From Selaginella moellendorffii (taxonomy: Eukaryota > Plantae > Lycopodiophyta): 64,000 bases of DNA. A model generated the notes under the pieces. It was not told where the DNA came from. It ran no database searches and saw only the letters and a program-made list of their open reading frames with translations. How positions within the stretch are numbered: position 1 is the first letter of the stretch; each line of letters starts with the position of its first letter. Where the stretch lies: the NCBI RefSeq assembly GCF_000143415.4, contig NW_003314284.1, positions 186,001-250,000 on the forward strand. The letters run 5' to 3'. Positions 38,430 through 51,227 of the stretch are shown here, piece by piece. Both the position numbers and the translations under genes were made by a program.

Positions 38430-38815
38430 CGTCCCTCATTCTTTGCAGCTGGAGAAAAAGTTGTAAGAAAAAAAAAGAAGAAACAATAGAAGAAAACTTA
38501 CCGGCCTTCTTCGTCCCAAATCTACTCACGAGCGTGTTCTTCCGATCGATCCTCATTTATCAATCCACCCCCGTGTCATTCTGGTTGCGGTAATCCATCA
38601 TGTACGAAACACCACGAACTCTAGCCTAGGTTCCATTCCTAACACCTGTGAAGAAAAAGCAGCATAAAAGGAATGAAATATTACCATTTGCAAGATCCTG
38701 GACGAGAATGCCGTACCTTGTTCAATACTACTGGCAAGATCTTCACCTCATCAAAAACCCCGAGAGCAAACATGGTCGGTCCAGGCACCGGCTTCACTGT
38801 TCGCATTCGCTCCAC
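38430..38815 (-). pseudogene. Deleted fragment of RPA49 (duplicate)
   Basis: PTMFALGVFDE...KILPVVLNK and the following exons match about 53075-53485 with many small deletions. Confidence 0.8.
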
Positions 38816-39365
38816 ATCGATGCGGCGATCTTGGTCTTGCTCAAAGCGGTGGAAGCACAAGCTGCGAGTCTTCTTCCTGTAGAGGAGAATACATAACCTT
38901 CTTGATCTGCGCGTTGGCGATGTTCCAATAGGATGTTTTACTGGTAACGGTGGATCATAGCGCCTGCTGAGCATACCGGCGAGCGATCCATCTCCTCATC
39001 AATTCTGTCCAATCCTCCTGTACACATGAAAACGCGAGACCTGGAATAGCGATCAGCAGAGTTCTTGTCGACACCCGATGCCGCTACACCGTCGTCATGC
39101 ATCGGCCGCGCGGAAGAAGCCAGGAAATTTGGGGGGCGCCACGAACGGGATCGAGACTAGGAGCTCCGAAATATCCACAATACCCTTCGATGTGATGCCA
39201 GCGCCGGGAACAAGACGCGCGCAGCGCCTCGATTCTCGGAATACGAGAATGCCGCCGATCAAGATTCCTACCGCCTGCCAGCTAGGACTAGGAGAACCTG
39301 CTACTAGAACGGTCGCGGGTTCGACTCCCATTGACGCCATGCTCCAGTGTATTTAAGAATACCCA

Positions 39366-40740
39366 CATATCATCCAGAAACTTATGCGATTCTGCTGGCT
39401 CGACGACCAAGCAATCCCATCCGGGGGATGTGCTTCTACTTGATTCGCAATCCTACATATCAAAAGTGCATGATCCTCGCACTCCTACTTGTGACTAACT
39501 ATGCTGGCTAGTCAGCTGTTTCACACATGGCTCATTGTGAGATTACAAGTACCTCATTCATCTTTTTCTCGATTGTTTTTTGTTTGACCACCTGGTTTTT
39601 CCTTTCTCCAGTGAAAGGTCTATAAGAACGAGGTTGCACGGCAGATGGAGTTTGAACTCTCCATAATGGCCGCCATTGGTCTCATGGGAAAGAAGGGAAC
39701 GGTGAGGGGCTATGTCGGCTGCACTGCCTACATTGCTCGAGTTTTCTGCATCATTCCTCACGTAGCGAGAGCACGGGTTATTATGCAAACAATGATCATC
39801 TGTTTGCCAACTGTAACTGAGATACTTGCTCTTCTCGCAATTTTCATGTATATGTTCCGTGGGGATGGCGTTCCAACTCTTCAGTGCAATGAAGGGACCT
39901 GCATTGGCCCATCTGTCAACTTTCGCACTTTCATCAACGCTTTCATCATGGTGTTTCAGGTAAAGGCTTGCTTTTCCATTCGCTTGATAACTGGTCTTGC
40001 CTTATGATGGATACCACAATTAATGCACCCGCCTGCACCAACGGTAAAACACTACTCAGCGATGATTGTGGCTATCCAGAGGGCAGGAGCCAGTTCATGG
40101 CTGTCATACTGGATGCTGTAACCTTTGGCCTTGTGAACGAGAATTCTATAGTCATGCCAGAGCACTGGTTAGCATATCAAACCTTGTGGAGCCAAGAACC
40201 ATTTGATCCCACCTAAGCCACTTACAGTCAAGTCCTTGTAGAACTAACTTCACAATCGTCCAGTGCTACAGGATACATTGGCATGCACAAGCTGCCACGA
40301 TTTGTAAACGCCCTCAGTGACCTGCTGGCCCGGCACTACATGTCCGCGACCCAATGGTTTGGCGTGTGTTTGCGGACTCCTCCCAATCTCGTTTTCTTCT
40401 TTGTTCTGGTCAGGTACATGAGAATAGAGTACGAGGTGATGAGTTTTCGAGTTCCAAACAAAGGAATCGAGCTGCTGGAAACGCTGACGCTGTGTAAGAT
40501 CGGACCAAGCTCCTATTCCAAGCTTTTGATACTTGCGTTTGGGTCGGATTACCGCAGGGGTTGCCTCTCACTCTGCACATCGAGCGTGAGAAGCGGATCC
40601 AGGCCGTGTACATCCAGGGTGCTGCGACAAAAATGCAGGCTCTAGTGAGAGGTTTCCTGGGGAGGATAAGAGCTGGCAAAGGTGATGTGAGCAAAACCGA
40701 GGTAGCATTGGAATCGACAAGAGCAAACCCGAGGTGCTAG
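39366..40740 (+). pseudogene. Second copy of the four-domain channel 3' part (DIII-IV linker, DIV, EF-like region, IQ motif)
   Basis: Matches 31358-32590; retains DIV pore MVFQ...LDNWSC and IQ-like AATKMQALVRGFLGR at about 40621-40665. Confidence 0.87.
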
Positions 40741-40875
40741 AGATTGCCAGGGACGTGAGAGGCGAAGGTCTCCTGGTGGAAGAGTGCTGCAGTCGCATTA
40801 TTGTATATTAATTTAGAGGAAAATATGTCAAACTATGTAGAGGTGGGACGTTCGAATACCAAAACGCTTTGGAAA

Positions 40876-43800
40876 TTAAAACTTACGTATCTTGAGATTG
40901 GGGCGGTCCTCAAGCCAAGGTGGAATTTTCATGCCTTCCGGGCAGTCTAGCCTTTTCAGCCTGGGAAATGCGCCCTGGCTGTGATTGTGGGACCACAGTG
41001 CATCGTTAAGTATCATGCTTGGCCTAAAAATTCCAAGACGTTTCAAACCTGGCAGCGATGCAATGGACGATGGAACTATACTCTCATCACAGCTCAAGTG
41101 CACGGTTTCTATATCAGTCATTTGATCTGATGGCTCAAAAAAATCATTTTGCATCTTCTTGCTCGATACTGAAAGAAATTGAACCTTGAGTGATGACCTC
41201 TCGGTTGGCAACAACAGTCTCTTTATGCAACCCGTTATTCTCAGAACCCCGAGGCGATTGGGGAGCTGTGCCACAAAGAGAGGCAAGTGCTCCCATTTAA
41301 TATCAGGAGCTAGCTCAAACTCCAACTTCTTCAGATTTGGAAAACTGGCAGCAAAATCATCCTTGAATTCTGACTGTGCAATGTGTAGATTAGTAAGTAT
41401 CAGAAATTCAACACCTGGGAATGGTCCATGGACCAGGTTGAAGAAGTGGATACGACTGCAGTCAATTTCAAGTTTTTCTAGGCGGTGGGGCAACCAAGAG
41501 AGGTTTATAATTTCACGGATGCGTAAATATCGTAGTTGCAGCCATTCAAAGCTGTCATCATTATTTTCACTGTCTTCTACCCCAGAAATGGAAAAATCTT
41601 TAAGCCTGATTGATTTCTTAAACATTCGCTTCAACGGAAGTCTACTGACGGATTCCATATGAATTTCACATGTTCTTAGGTTGACAAGTTGCCATAGCCC
41701 AACGAAACTGGCAAAGTCGATATTGTTTGCATGTAAAACCAATGTTTCAATGTGCTCCAGTGTCCCCATGCTTTCTGGCACCTTCATTGTACCATGTGTC
41801 ATTCTTAGATCTAGAAGTCTTAGTTTACCTGAAATTCCAGTCAAATCCACAACTGATGACTCCTCTTTTGAATCAAGGGTCAGCTCCAGCTCTTCCAAGT
41901 TGGAGAGCTGGGGAAGTAATGCAATGTTACACTTTATCGGCGTCCACTGAGTAGATTTTAGATATTTCAGTGATGTCAGGCTGAAAAGTGCATCTGGTAG
42001 TTGACTCACTTTTGTTCCTCGAATGTCAAGCACTTGAAGGTTTTTCAGCTTGGAAATGCTCTCTGGAATAAAACGGATCCTATAGCATCGCCACAAGCTC
42101 AATACCTTGACACCTTGTATGTGATTGATAAGACTGTCATCCACATTAGAAAATCCTTTACATTCATCCATAAGTAAGACATCTCGCACATGATTATCAG
42201 ATAAAAAGCTGCCAACATTCTTTGAGATGAATGAGACTTTAGCAAATGTTGCATCCTGAATGCCAATTGGCCAATCATATCCAAACAGGGATCCCTTCTC
42301 GTGCTCTTGCTGTGGACCGTACTTCCCTTTTAAGATTTTTATGCACAGTTTGCGTAGCATATCGTGTACGATTATATAACCAGGAGCTTCTTCATCCCTC
42401 AAAGACTTATATATCTTGACCAGGCATTTCCGTTCCAGTTCATTAACAATCGCTGTGGGTGAGAGTTCTGACCCAACCTCCATCCAACATTTACCCAACT
42501 CAGTAAACTCAATCGACCTATCTTCTGGGAATGCAGCCACATAGAGAAAGCACTCTTGCAGCTTTTCACCCTCATAGTTTCCCAGCTCGTCATAGCTGAA
42601 CTTCAAGCGCTTGAACATCTGCTTCTCAACGTCTGGGTCATTGGACAAGTGCAACCTCTTATACCGTTCTTCCCACACATGTGGCCCTTCACTTCTGTGG
42701 GCAGCCATGGCACTGCCAATCACTTCCAGAGCGAGAGGAAGTCCCTTACATTTTCGAGCTATTTTCTTGGCAAATCCCACAACATCAGGGTCACTGGGTT
42801 GTGGATCATGCACACCAAAGGCAAACTTCCAAAACATCTTTTTGCTTTCGTCCATTGATAGCTGATGCACAGGAAATGCCTTTGCATCCAGACTGCGCAA
42901 AATGCCTTCCTTTCTGGTTGTTACCAGGATCCGGCCAGAGCATGGCCCTGCTATAAAATCCAGTTCCTTTGCCCAGCTCCAGTCCCAGACATCATCCAGT
43001 ACCAGCAAGACACGGTTACCACCAGCAACATCGCGTGCCAAGTGCTGCATGTCGTCAAGGCTTCCTTTGGCCCTCTCTTTCATTTCACCCCATTCAAGAG
43101 CGTTGAGGAGCTGGGCCTTGAGATCGTCCTCCGAAGCATCTTTCTTCACAGTGATCCACACAATGTTGTCATGGAAATGCTCCCGCACCCTCTCGTCATT
43201 GTGCGCGCAGCTTGCGAGGGTGGTTTTTCCACACCCTCCCATTCCCAACAGTCCAACCCATTTGCTACGGGCTTCAGGATCCAAGAGGGCATTCACCACC
43301 TCATCCAGCAGTTGCTCATGGGCCCCAAACATGGCCTCAGGAACAACACGCCGTACATATTTTTTTGCAGGGCCTCTGTCTTGCGGGGAACTCCGTACGG
43401 CGAAGCTAGTGCTCGGCTTTATCACTCTCAACTCTTCTCGCTCGTACCTTTCCATTTTCGGAAGGAGATCGCCCTCGTAGCTGTGTATCAGCTTCGAGAT
43501 CTCGCCATAACGCTTCTCCCTGTGAAAGATCCACAGATATTTTAGCTTTACTGTTAGAGCTCTTGTGTAAGCTTACTGTGATCCCAGCAGTGCTTGCGCC
43601 TCGTCGTTCCATTTTGTGACAAGATCAAGACACTCCTCGGCTCCATCAGAATAGCGGAACTCTGGATTCCGGTGCTTGTGAGTATGAAACTTGTTAAGCA
43701 AGGCCTGGATGCTGGCCCCCCCCTTTTCCAGCATCGCAATGTTCACATTCAGCTCGTGCCCGTGACTTTCGATCTGCGACAGGAGATCCTGGTAGGAGCT

Positions 43801-44165
43801 TATGCACTCCATGATCTTGCCACTCCGCTTGTACCTATAGGAAGAAATAAATTCAGCCTTCTTGCACAAAAATGCTGCAAAACATACCGTCTAACGGGGT
43901 TCCAGATCCTGTTGTTGCGTGATCCCAAGAGTTCTTGCGCCTTGCTATCCCATTTCCTGACACGCTCCAAGCATTCCTCGGCCGCTTCAGAAAACATAAA
44001 GCCTGGATTCCGCTGCTTGTGCTCACTGAAAGCGTTGACCTTGGCCTGGATGTTGGGCGCCATATTCTCCAGCCTTTCAATGTTGGCATTGGAGTTCCAA
44101 ACCTTCTTGGCAGCACCCAGACCCAAGCCACACAGCGGGCTCACCAAGCCGCTCACAACCTCCAT
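40876..44165 (-). CDS. Intact NLR immune receptor: tandem N-terminal helical (CC-like) domains - NB-ARC - LRR; exons 44165-43888, 43834-43577, 43519-40876; 1059 aa
   Basis: Two phase-2 GT-AG introns (53 and 57 nt) give one open frame. P-loop GMGGCGKTT, kinase-2 VLLVLDDVW, RNBS-B GRILVTTR, GLPL, RNBS-D CFLYVAAFPED, VHD in place of MHD, then LRRs. Confidence 0.93.
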
Positions 44166-45160
44166 GATCGAAAAATCGTGTCCGCTTCAGCTAAAATGGC
44201 ACCGATATAAGGCCAAAACTTCTTACGTGGTCTCCAGGTAAGTACCAGAGTCGTCTCTTGGACGCGCTGGAGCTAATGTCCTTCTCCTGGACACTTCCAG
44301 AGGCTCTAAACAAGGCCGCATAGTCTCTCTAGCCCCGGTCCGTCCTGGAAGCTCACCGTGCACTGGAGATCATCCAAGGTGACATGCCCAGACAGGTGTG
44401 CGATGGTGCCGTTGTCCACGAAGAACTCCACTCCCGGGTACTTTCCAACGCGCTGCGAGTGTGGATCCGGAGTGTCGGTCACGTTCACGGAGAATGCGAG
44501 GCCGCAGCCGTCTTTGAAAGGTGGCCCGGTGTCTTTCTTGCAGCCTGCAACAGGGAAGATGTTGTAGCCGCTTTTGGTGAAGCATCCCTGCAGAGAAGCT
44601 GTTAGTGAAGAGAGCTGCGAGTTCGAAAGATGTGCTTACCTGAGAATTCTCGAGAAGGACAGGAAGTAAGCTAGCCCCGGCCCCGGCCATGCTTTGGTCC
44701 TTGCCCGCTGCCAAGGAATGGAGTCCGTTTAAAAGCGTTGTTTCGGCTCTCTTGTACATAGCATGTCAAGCCTGCGAGCCTTTCAATCATTTGAAAGCAT
44801 AACCTGTGTGAACCTTGTCTGCGTCAATTCTCGACAGCCGAAGCTGCGCGAAGAATTTAAAGTTCCAAGTGTAAGCAAACCAAGACTTGTATGTACCTTG
44901 AATGAAACTTAATACGAAACAATTAGTTCGAATCGATGCTTTACACCAATCAAAGCTTTGAACAAATAGCACACGCTCCTACGCTTTCCGAATACACAAA
45001 ACACGGAGCACTGGAGAAAGGATACGCGATTACCCTTGATAGCAAAGAAACAAACTCTACTTACAGTATAAACCCCGCTTATCGTCCTAATTTTCAAAAC
45101 CGCTCTGGCCACCACAGGCAAAACATCACGCAAGGGTCCATTCTAACAAAAACCTGACCT

Positions 45161-47376
45161 TCATGCTGCAACAGGAGAATCCGGAGCTGATCCAATTGAA
45201 GAAGCTTCGGGATCCTTAGGCAAGGCAACGTAATTCATCATCGGAGAGTAGCGTTTCACCCGGCTACCCTTTTGAGGACCCTGATTGCTAGCCTTAGGTG
45301 CGGGTAAGGGCTCAGGGACTATCGAAAGTCGTCGGTTTGCATTGTTTCCACTCACGCGAAGTCCCACCTGTCCCTTTTTGGACGGCTTTGTGCCGTAGAG
45401 CAGCTCCTGCTCAGTTTGCAGTTGTTCCTGCATTCTCTTCTCCTCCTGCATTTAGCCAGTTAACGTCTTAACAGGCACTAAACTGCAGAGTTACCCTCAG
45501 TCGGCGCTTTTCTTCTTCTTTCTCTCGTCGTAGCAAGCTATATTCTTCTAGAATTGCCAGTAGAGAAATCTGCAAAGCACTTTCAGAAGCGTCTACGAAA
45601 ATCACTTACGTACCCCGTTATATAAGAAGGGCCTGCCTCTTTCGTCCTCCCAAGACCGCGTTTTGGACTTCAATGATTCAAGAAGATCTGCAAACGGGTT
45701 GTGAAAACTGAGAAAAGGAAATAGCAAACGAAGAATTCAAACGCACTGGGGAGTTTGGCCACGATGACACGAGCTCTTTCTGCACGTTTTAGATTCAAAT
45801 GTGCTCCTCTGGTTGCATTGAAGCGGCTTTCATCCTACAATCGAAAATGAATAAGTGAAATAGCGTAACGCTCATACCTTATTGTATTCTTCAAGCCAAC
45901 TTTCTTCTTCACATGCACTAATCCATCGTTCCATTCTTTCCATTATATCTTGTCTACCGAGTGATTCTTCCTTCGCCTCCGCGATACTACTTTCGATTGT
46001 AGCAAGTAGCTCTGACAAGTCCACTATCCCTGTGCACACGACACATCAGCCAAGAAATGTAAACAGAATAAATTTATACCTGACTCCAGTAACCTTGCCA
46101 CTTTTTCTTGAGTTAGATTTGGATCACAGTCCAGGTGAGCCATGTTGCAAGTTTCTTCTAACTCTCCCTGCTTCTTCAGCACAAGTTCCTTCATTCTGCT
46201 TACTTTCAACTGATTTAGCCTAACCACCTCCTTTTCGGCCTGTACAATCGAAGTATCAGAAAGAACAAAACGCATGAGAAAGAACCTGTGCGATGGTTTT
46301 CAAAGTAAGAGAAGAAGGCTCCGCTAGATCGTGCTCTGGTGCCGCAAGATTGCGGATGATATTTCGAAATGGTTGCCTTTCTTCGAAAGGTGTATCCATT
46401 AGATTCCACAGCTCGCGTAAGAGAGCAACAAGATTGTGAATCTGCAATAAAACTAACACGTCATTGTCGAAAGGTAAACCGTTATCACCTTTTGCAGTCT
46501 TTCACTTTTCTCGTTCTCCATGTCCTCGATCGCCTTGCCTAATTTCTCTAGCGTCTCATCGCTAATACTTCTGCTCTGGCCTGGATCACAAAGGCTCGGA
46601 TGCACTTCCTTGACAGCCTCGGTGTAGTCTATCCCCAAAAGGACGCAATATCCCTGCAGAACCTCGAGAAGCTCTGAGACTTTGTGAAACCGGCTACTCT
46701 GGAAAAGTCGCTTGTAAGAAAAAAGAATGCCAACCGTGCCAATACAAACCAACCTTTTCATCCTGAAGCTCTTGAAGCTGGCAATGGTACTCATGCAGCT
46801 TTCTCAGCGATAAATCTTTCCAACAAAGAGGTCCATTCTCGGCCTCTTGCAATGTCCCCGGCGATATCTCCCGAGAGAGCCTTTGTATCTGGCATTGGAC
46901 GTCCTCAAATTGCTTCAGCCGCTCCTCTTTCCTCAGACGCAAGCATTCTAACTGAGGTGAGACGGACAAGAGCTGCTCCCGCAGAGTAGTGCCCGACCTC
47001 TTCTCTAACTGAAAGGAAGAACAACGGACATTGGAAAAGCACTGTGAGATGGATCAAACAAAGCATACCGTGCAAGGGCGATCACCCAGGAGCGACAGGA
47101 GCGACGCGAGCTCCGACTCGGAATCCGCCAGCAGCTGGTGCAGCCGAGCCCTCGCGCAATTCGCTTGATCCACCTTCCGCCGGTACACATCCAGGCATTC
47201 TTGCTCCAGCTGGAGCAGCATTCTGTCCCTCTCCTCGTCGCTCTCCCCCATCTCCTCCCAGATGGTCTGCGCGCGGCCGATCCACCGCGATCGTGAGAAA
47301 CTCCAGAGGCAATATTTCGCGAGGTTACCTGGAGCTCCCGCAGCAGCGATCGGCAAGTCGTGTCCTCGCCTTCCAT
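45161..47376 (-). CDS. MAP65: Microtubule-associated protein MAP65/Ase1 family (multi-exon)
   Basis: [50 protein letters not shown]...[40 protein letters not shown]. Confidence 0.93.
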
Positions 47377-47600
47377 GGCCTCCAGAATCAAAATGCGAGT
47401 CCCCAGATCACTCAAAACAATCAAGAATCCTCCGCGAGAACGCCGCCGCCCTCGCCATCGCCGCGATCGAGCATATCCACCCACAACCCTCCTCCAACCT
47501 AAAACCACAATGGCGGGGATTTTATTTTTACCGCCTGCCACGTGTTACAGAGACAATCACCAAGCATATTCTCAGCGTTTAAATTAGATTCTTTCAAGCG

Positions 47601-50600
47601 TTAGCAGTGAGCGTGTGAGTGGCCTTTGCCACATGCGTGCTTCTTCTTGCAGTGTGAGTGGCCTTGATCCTGGTGGTGGTGATGGTCGTGACTGTGGTGG
47701 CTATGATCGTGACTATGGTTGTGACCATGGTCGTGGCTGGGATGGCGGTGGTGCTGGTGCTTCTCAGCGCCATGCTCGTGATCAGAGCACTGTGTTCTTC
47801 CGGCGTGATCGTCGTCCTTGGAGCACTGTTTACCACCGTCTTGATCGTGGTCGTGATCCTTGCAATTCTTTCCGTGGTGATGGTGGTGGCCTGATGATCT
47901 CTTCTTCCCTGTTCCTCGGAGTAAAAGCGTGCTGTTTGAGATCACCAGCAAGCACGCCCCGACGTCTACCAGGACCGCCATCCACAGGTAGCCATAGCCA
48001 GCGAACGAGAGTGCCAGCATCGCGACTTTGAGGCCCACCGAGATGACAACGTTCTGTATAACTTTGGTGCGGACTCTCCTTCCCAGACTCGCCACCATGC
48101 TCAGCTTCCGGAGATCGTCGGTCATGAGGAAAACGTCCGATGTCTCCATTGCCACTGCTGATCCGGCTAGACCCATGGCGAATCCTACGTCCGCCGCTGC
48201 TAAAGCCGGGGCGTCGTTTATCCCGTCGCCTATCATTCCCGTCATACCGTGGTTTTCTTTCAGCTCTTGGATGATTCTGACTTTGTCCTGGGGGAGAAGA
48301 CCGGCGTGTACAGTAACTCCTCCCAACTGCAATGGAGATAATTCAGTGACACTTCGAAGATGGAAATAGAAGCTTACTTTTCTCTGGACACTCTGGGCCG
48401 TCTCATGGTTATCCCCAGTTAGCATATGGATCTGGACCTTCATACGCTGCCATAAACAAAATAAAGCTTGTAAGGAAACACGGGAAGAAAGCTCCAAGCC
48501 CAACCTTTAGACTCGACACTGCTTCTGCCGCTTCCTCCCGTACATGATCCTCGAGGCTAAAAACTGCCAGGAGCTGGTGATCCTTTCCAAGCCAGCCGAC
48601 GGTTCCTGTTTGATTCTTTAGCTTCGTAATGGCTGCAGAAATACAAACAGTTAGATTACAAGTCCACTGAAGGAGCAGCCGATGGAAACCTGTATTGTTC
48701 CAGCCAAGGCGAGATGCTAATCGCGCGTTACCAATCTCTACCAAGTGCCCATCCACAACGGCGGAAACACCTTCGCCTTCAATAATCTGAAAGTCTGTAA
48801 CGGATTTCGATGGAACAACATCTTGTAAGCTAGCGTATGTGACGAGTGCAGCGGCCATTGGATGGCTCGATCTACTTTCAACACTCGTTAACCTGCGCAA
48901 CGAAAAATATTTATCAGCGACACACAGCAGAAAAGTCAAACTTACCAATACAAAATTTGTTGCAGGCCTTCGGTTTCACCAACAGGTACAACTTCGGAAA
49001 CGCGGAAGTGTCCCTCTGTCAAGGTTCCTGTCTTATCCATTGCCAAGCACTTGATCTTGGCAAGGATTTCAAGGTAGCTTCCACCCTTGATCACGACTCC
49101 AAGTCTTGCTGCGTGTTGTATTCCGCAGGCTACTGCAACGGGAGTCGAAAGGACTAAAGCACACGGGCAAGCCACAACCAGCAAAATGAGAGCTAAGTAC
49201 AGCCAGTGTTTCTCATGGTGAGTGTGCGCTATCAACGGAATGAGTGCTAGACCAAGAGCTGTCGCTACCAAAGCTGCGTAGCAATGCTACATTAGCAATC
49301 GCACAGAAAATTTGTGGACTTACCAGGAGTGTAGAATTTTGCAAACTTTTCCACTAGCTGCTCGAAGTGAGATCGTTTTGCTTGGGCTTCCTCCACGAGT
49401 TTGATCATTCTTGAGACGGCCGAGTCTTCAGCAAGTGCAGTGGTTTGAACGGTGATGTAGCCTGTAGACAGAGATGAAGTTAGTTTTGAACGAGAACTTG
49501 AAGAATAAGCGCGCGTACCAGCCAAATTCACTGTTCCAGCCCAAACTTCGCTTCCGCAAGCCTTCTCGACAGGCTTTGATTCACCAGTCAAGCTGCTTTC
49601 ATCCAAAGAGCACTCTCCTGACATGATAATCCCGTCTACCGGAATCATCTCCCCAGCTTTGACCGCAATTGATGATCCAAGTTTAACTTCGTCAACGGGG
49701 ACCATCGCCCCGGTTTCGGCAAGGATGGCGTTTCGAGGGACATCCAGACCGGACGCCAATGCGGAACGCGCCTGAGACACCACGACGAGTGTCATAAAGG
49801 GCAAGGACAAACGAAAAGAAAAACAATAACATTTACCTGCTCGCTCGATCGTCCTTCTAGCCATTCAGCTAGAGTAAACAAAAATACGATCGATCCAGCT
49901 TCAATGTAGTCAGTTAGAGCAATAGCACCGCCGACTGATATAGTTTTATCATCAGACACTGAAAAGCCATTTTAACTCATCATACCTGCTATGAGCATAA
50001 GAATGTTGATGTCTAGAATCCATCGTCTTAGAGACGCTATGCTCCGCATAAAAATCGGCGGTATACCAACAGCCACCGCTCCGATAGCGAACCATTTCAA
50101 AGGGTTCCAAAAATGTTTGAAGAAGGATACGAGCAGTAGAATACCGCAACAAATGGTCCAGGGACTGGGCCAGTTACTAGACCTCTTTAGCTCTCCACGA
50201 TGATGTAAACTTGCGTCTAGTCTAGCTTCGTTGAGTGCTTTGACTGAAGAAAAGGCAATAAAGGAAAGGAAAAAACGGGTGTGAGAAGAAAACAGAGCAA
50301 GCACGAAAGCTAAAGCTCTACCTAGACGTCCTTCAGGAGTCAAGAGCCTGTCGTGAAGAACTGTCACAATCCGCGACGTGTAGTTCACAGACACCTCCTT
50401 GACACCTGGTAAAGGTTCCAAGATCTTCCTGACGAGAGGAACCTCCGAGGGGCAGCAAATACCCATGACGTTTAAAACCGTCCGTGCAACTTGCTGGAAA
50501 TTCTCTGGAATGTTTAGGATGTCCTCGGCAAGCCTGGGAGCTACCACAGCATCGTCTTCCTCGGCAAGAATCTCGTAACCTTTCCCTTCGGGGCCCTGGT

Positions 50601-51227
50601 AGCTGAAGATATCCATCAGCTGCTTCGGCCGCCTCTTGAGCTTTCCCAGCGATTCCCCCACCTTAACCAGGCGGCCATGCTCGTACTGAGAGTCCCCGGC
50701 ATCTCGGATGAGCATGTATGATCCATCCTGCTTGGGGACTAGAAAGTCATAGTGATCACCGTGAGCGATTTGGTTGTGGCCACAGTCGTCGTTATGCTTG
50801 TGCTCGTCCTTGAGCGATGAACTCAGCCCGTCCCAGGACATCGGGAGAGCCCAACAAGTCTCCTCCAAGCACTAACAAACAAAGGAAAAAAAAAAAAGGC
50901 AGCTTGTCAATCGTCCACGAACGGCAATTCCAAACCTGTTCGAGCAAGACATCCTCGGTGATCTCTCCGTGATGGACATGCGCGTGGACGTGCTGGCTCT
51001 CCCGGAGGCAGCATCGCTCGGACTCGGGGAGAGGCGCCCAAGTCCCCGTGTGGTGATCCACAAAACAGATCCTACCTTTGTCCGGGACGGCCACATACGT
51101 GATGCCGTCGCCCTCGAGGATGAGAAGATGATCGCCCTCCTTGTGCTGCTTCTGCGCATACACCGAGAATCAAATCGCAAGAACTTCCAGAGAAGAGAAA
51201 AAGGATGCGTACCTGATCCATGATCAT
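47601..51227 (-). CDS. HMA2: P1B-2 heavy-metal (Zn/Cd) ATPase, HMA2/3/4-like, with N-terminal extension and His-rich C-tail
   Basis: GICCPSE metal-binding domain, [12 protein letters not shown] (VVACPCAL), [25 protein letters not shown]; start ATG at 51227 or 51221. Confidence 0.93.

Noticed and set aside
42865-43545. Plus-strand ORFs over 190 aa opposite the NLR (likewise opposite RPA49, NIF, EPL1 and SRRM1)
   Set aside because: Antisense shadows of real coding sequence
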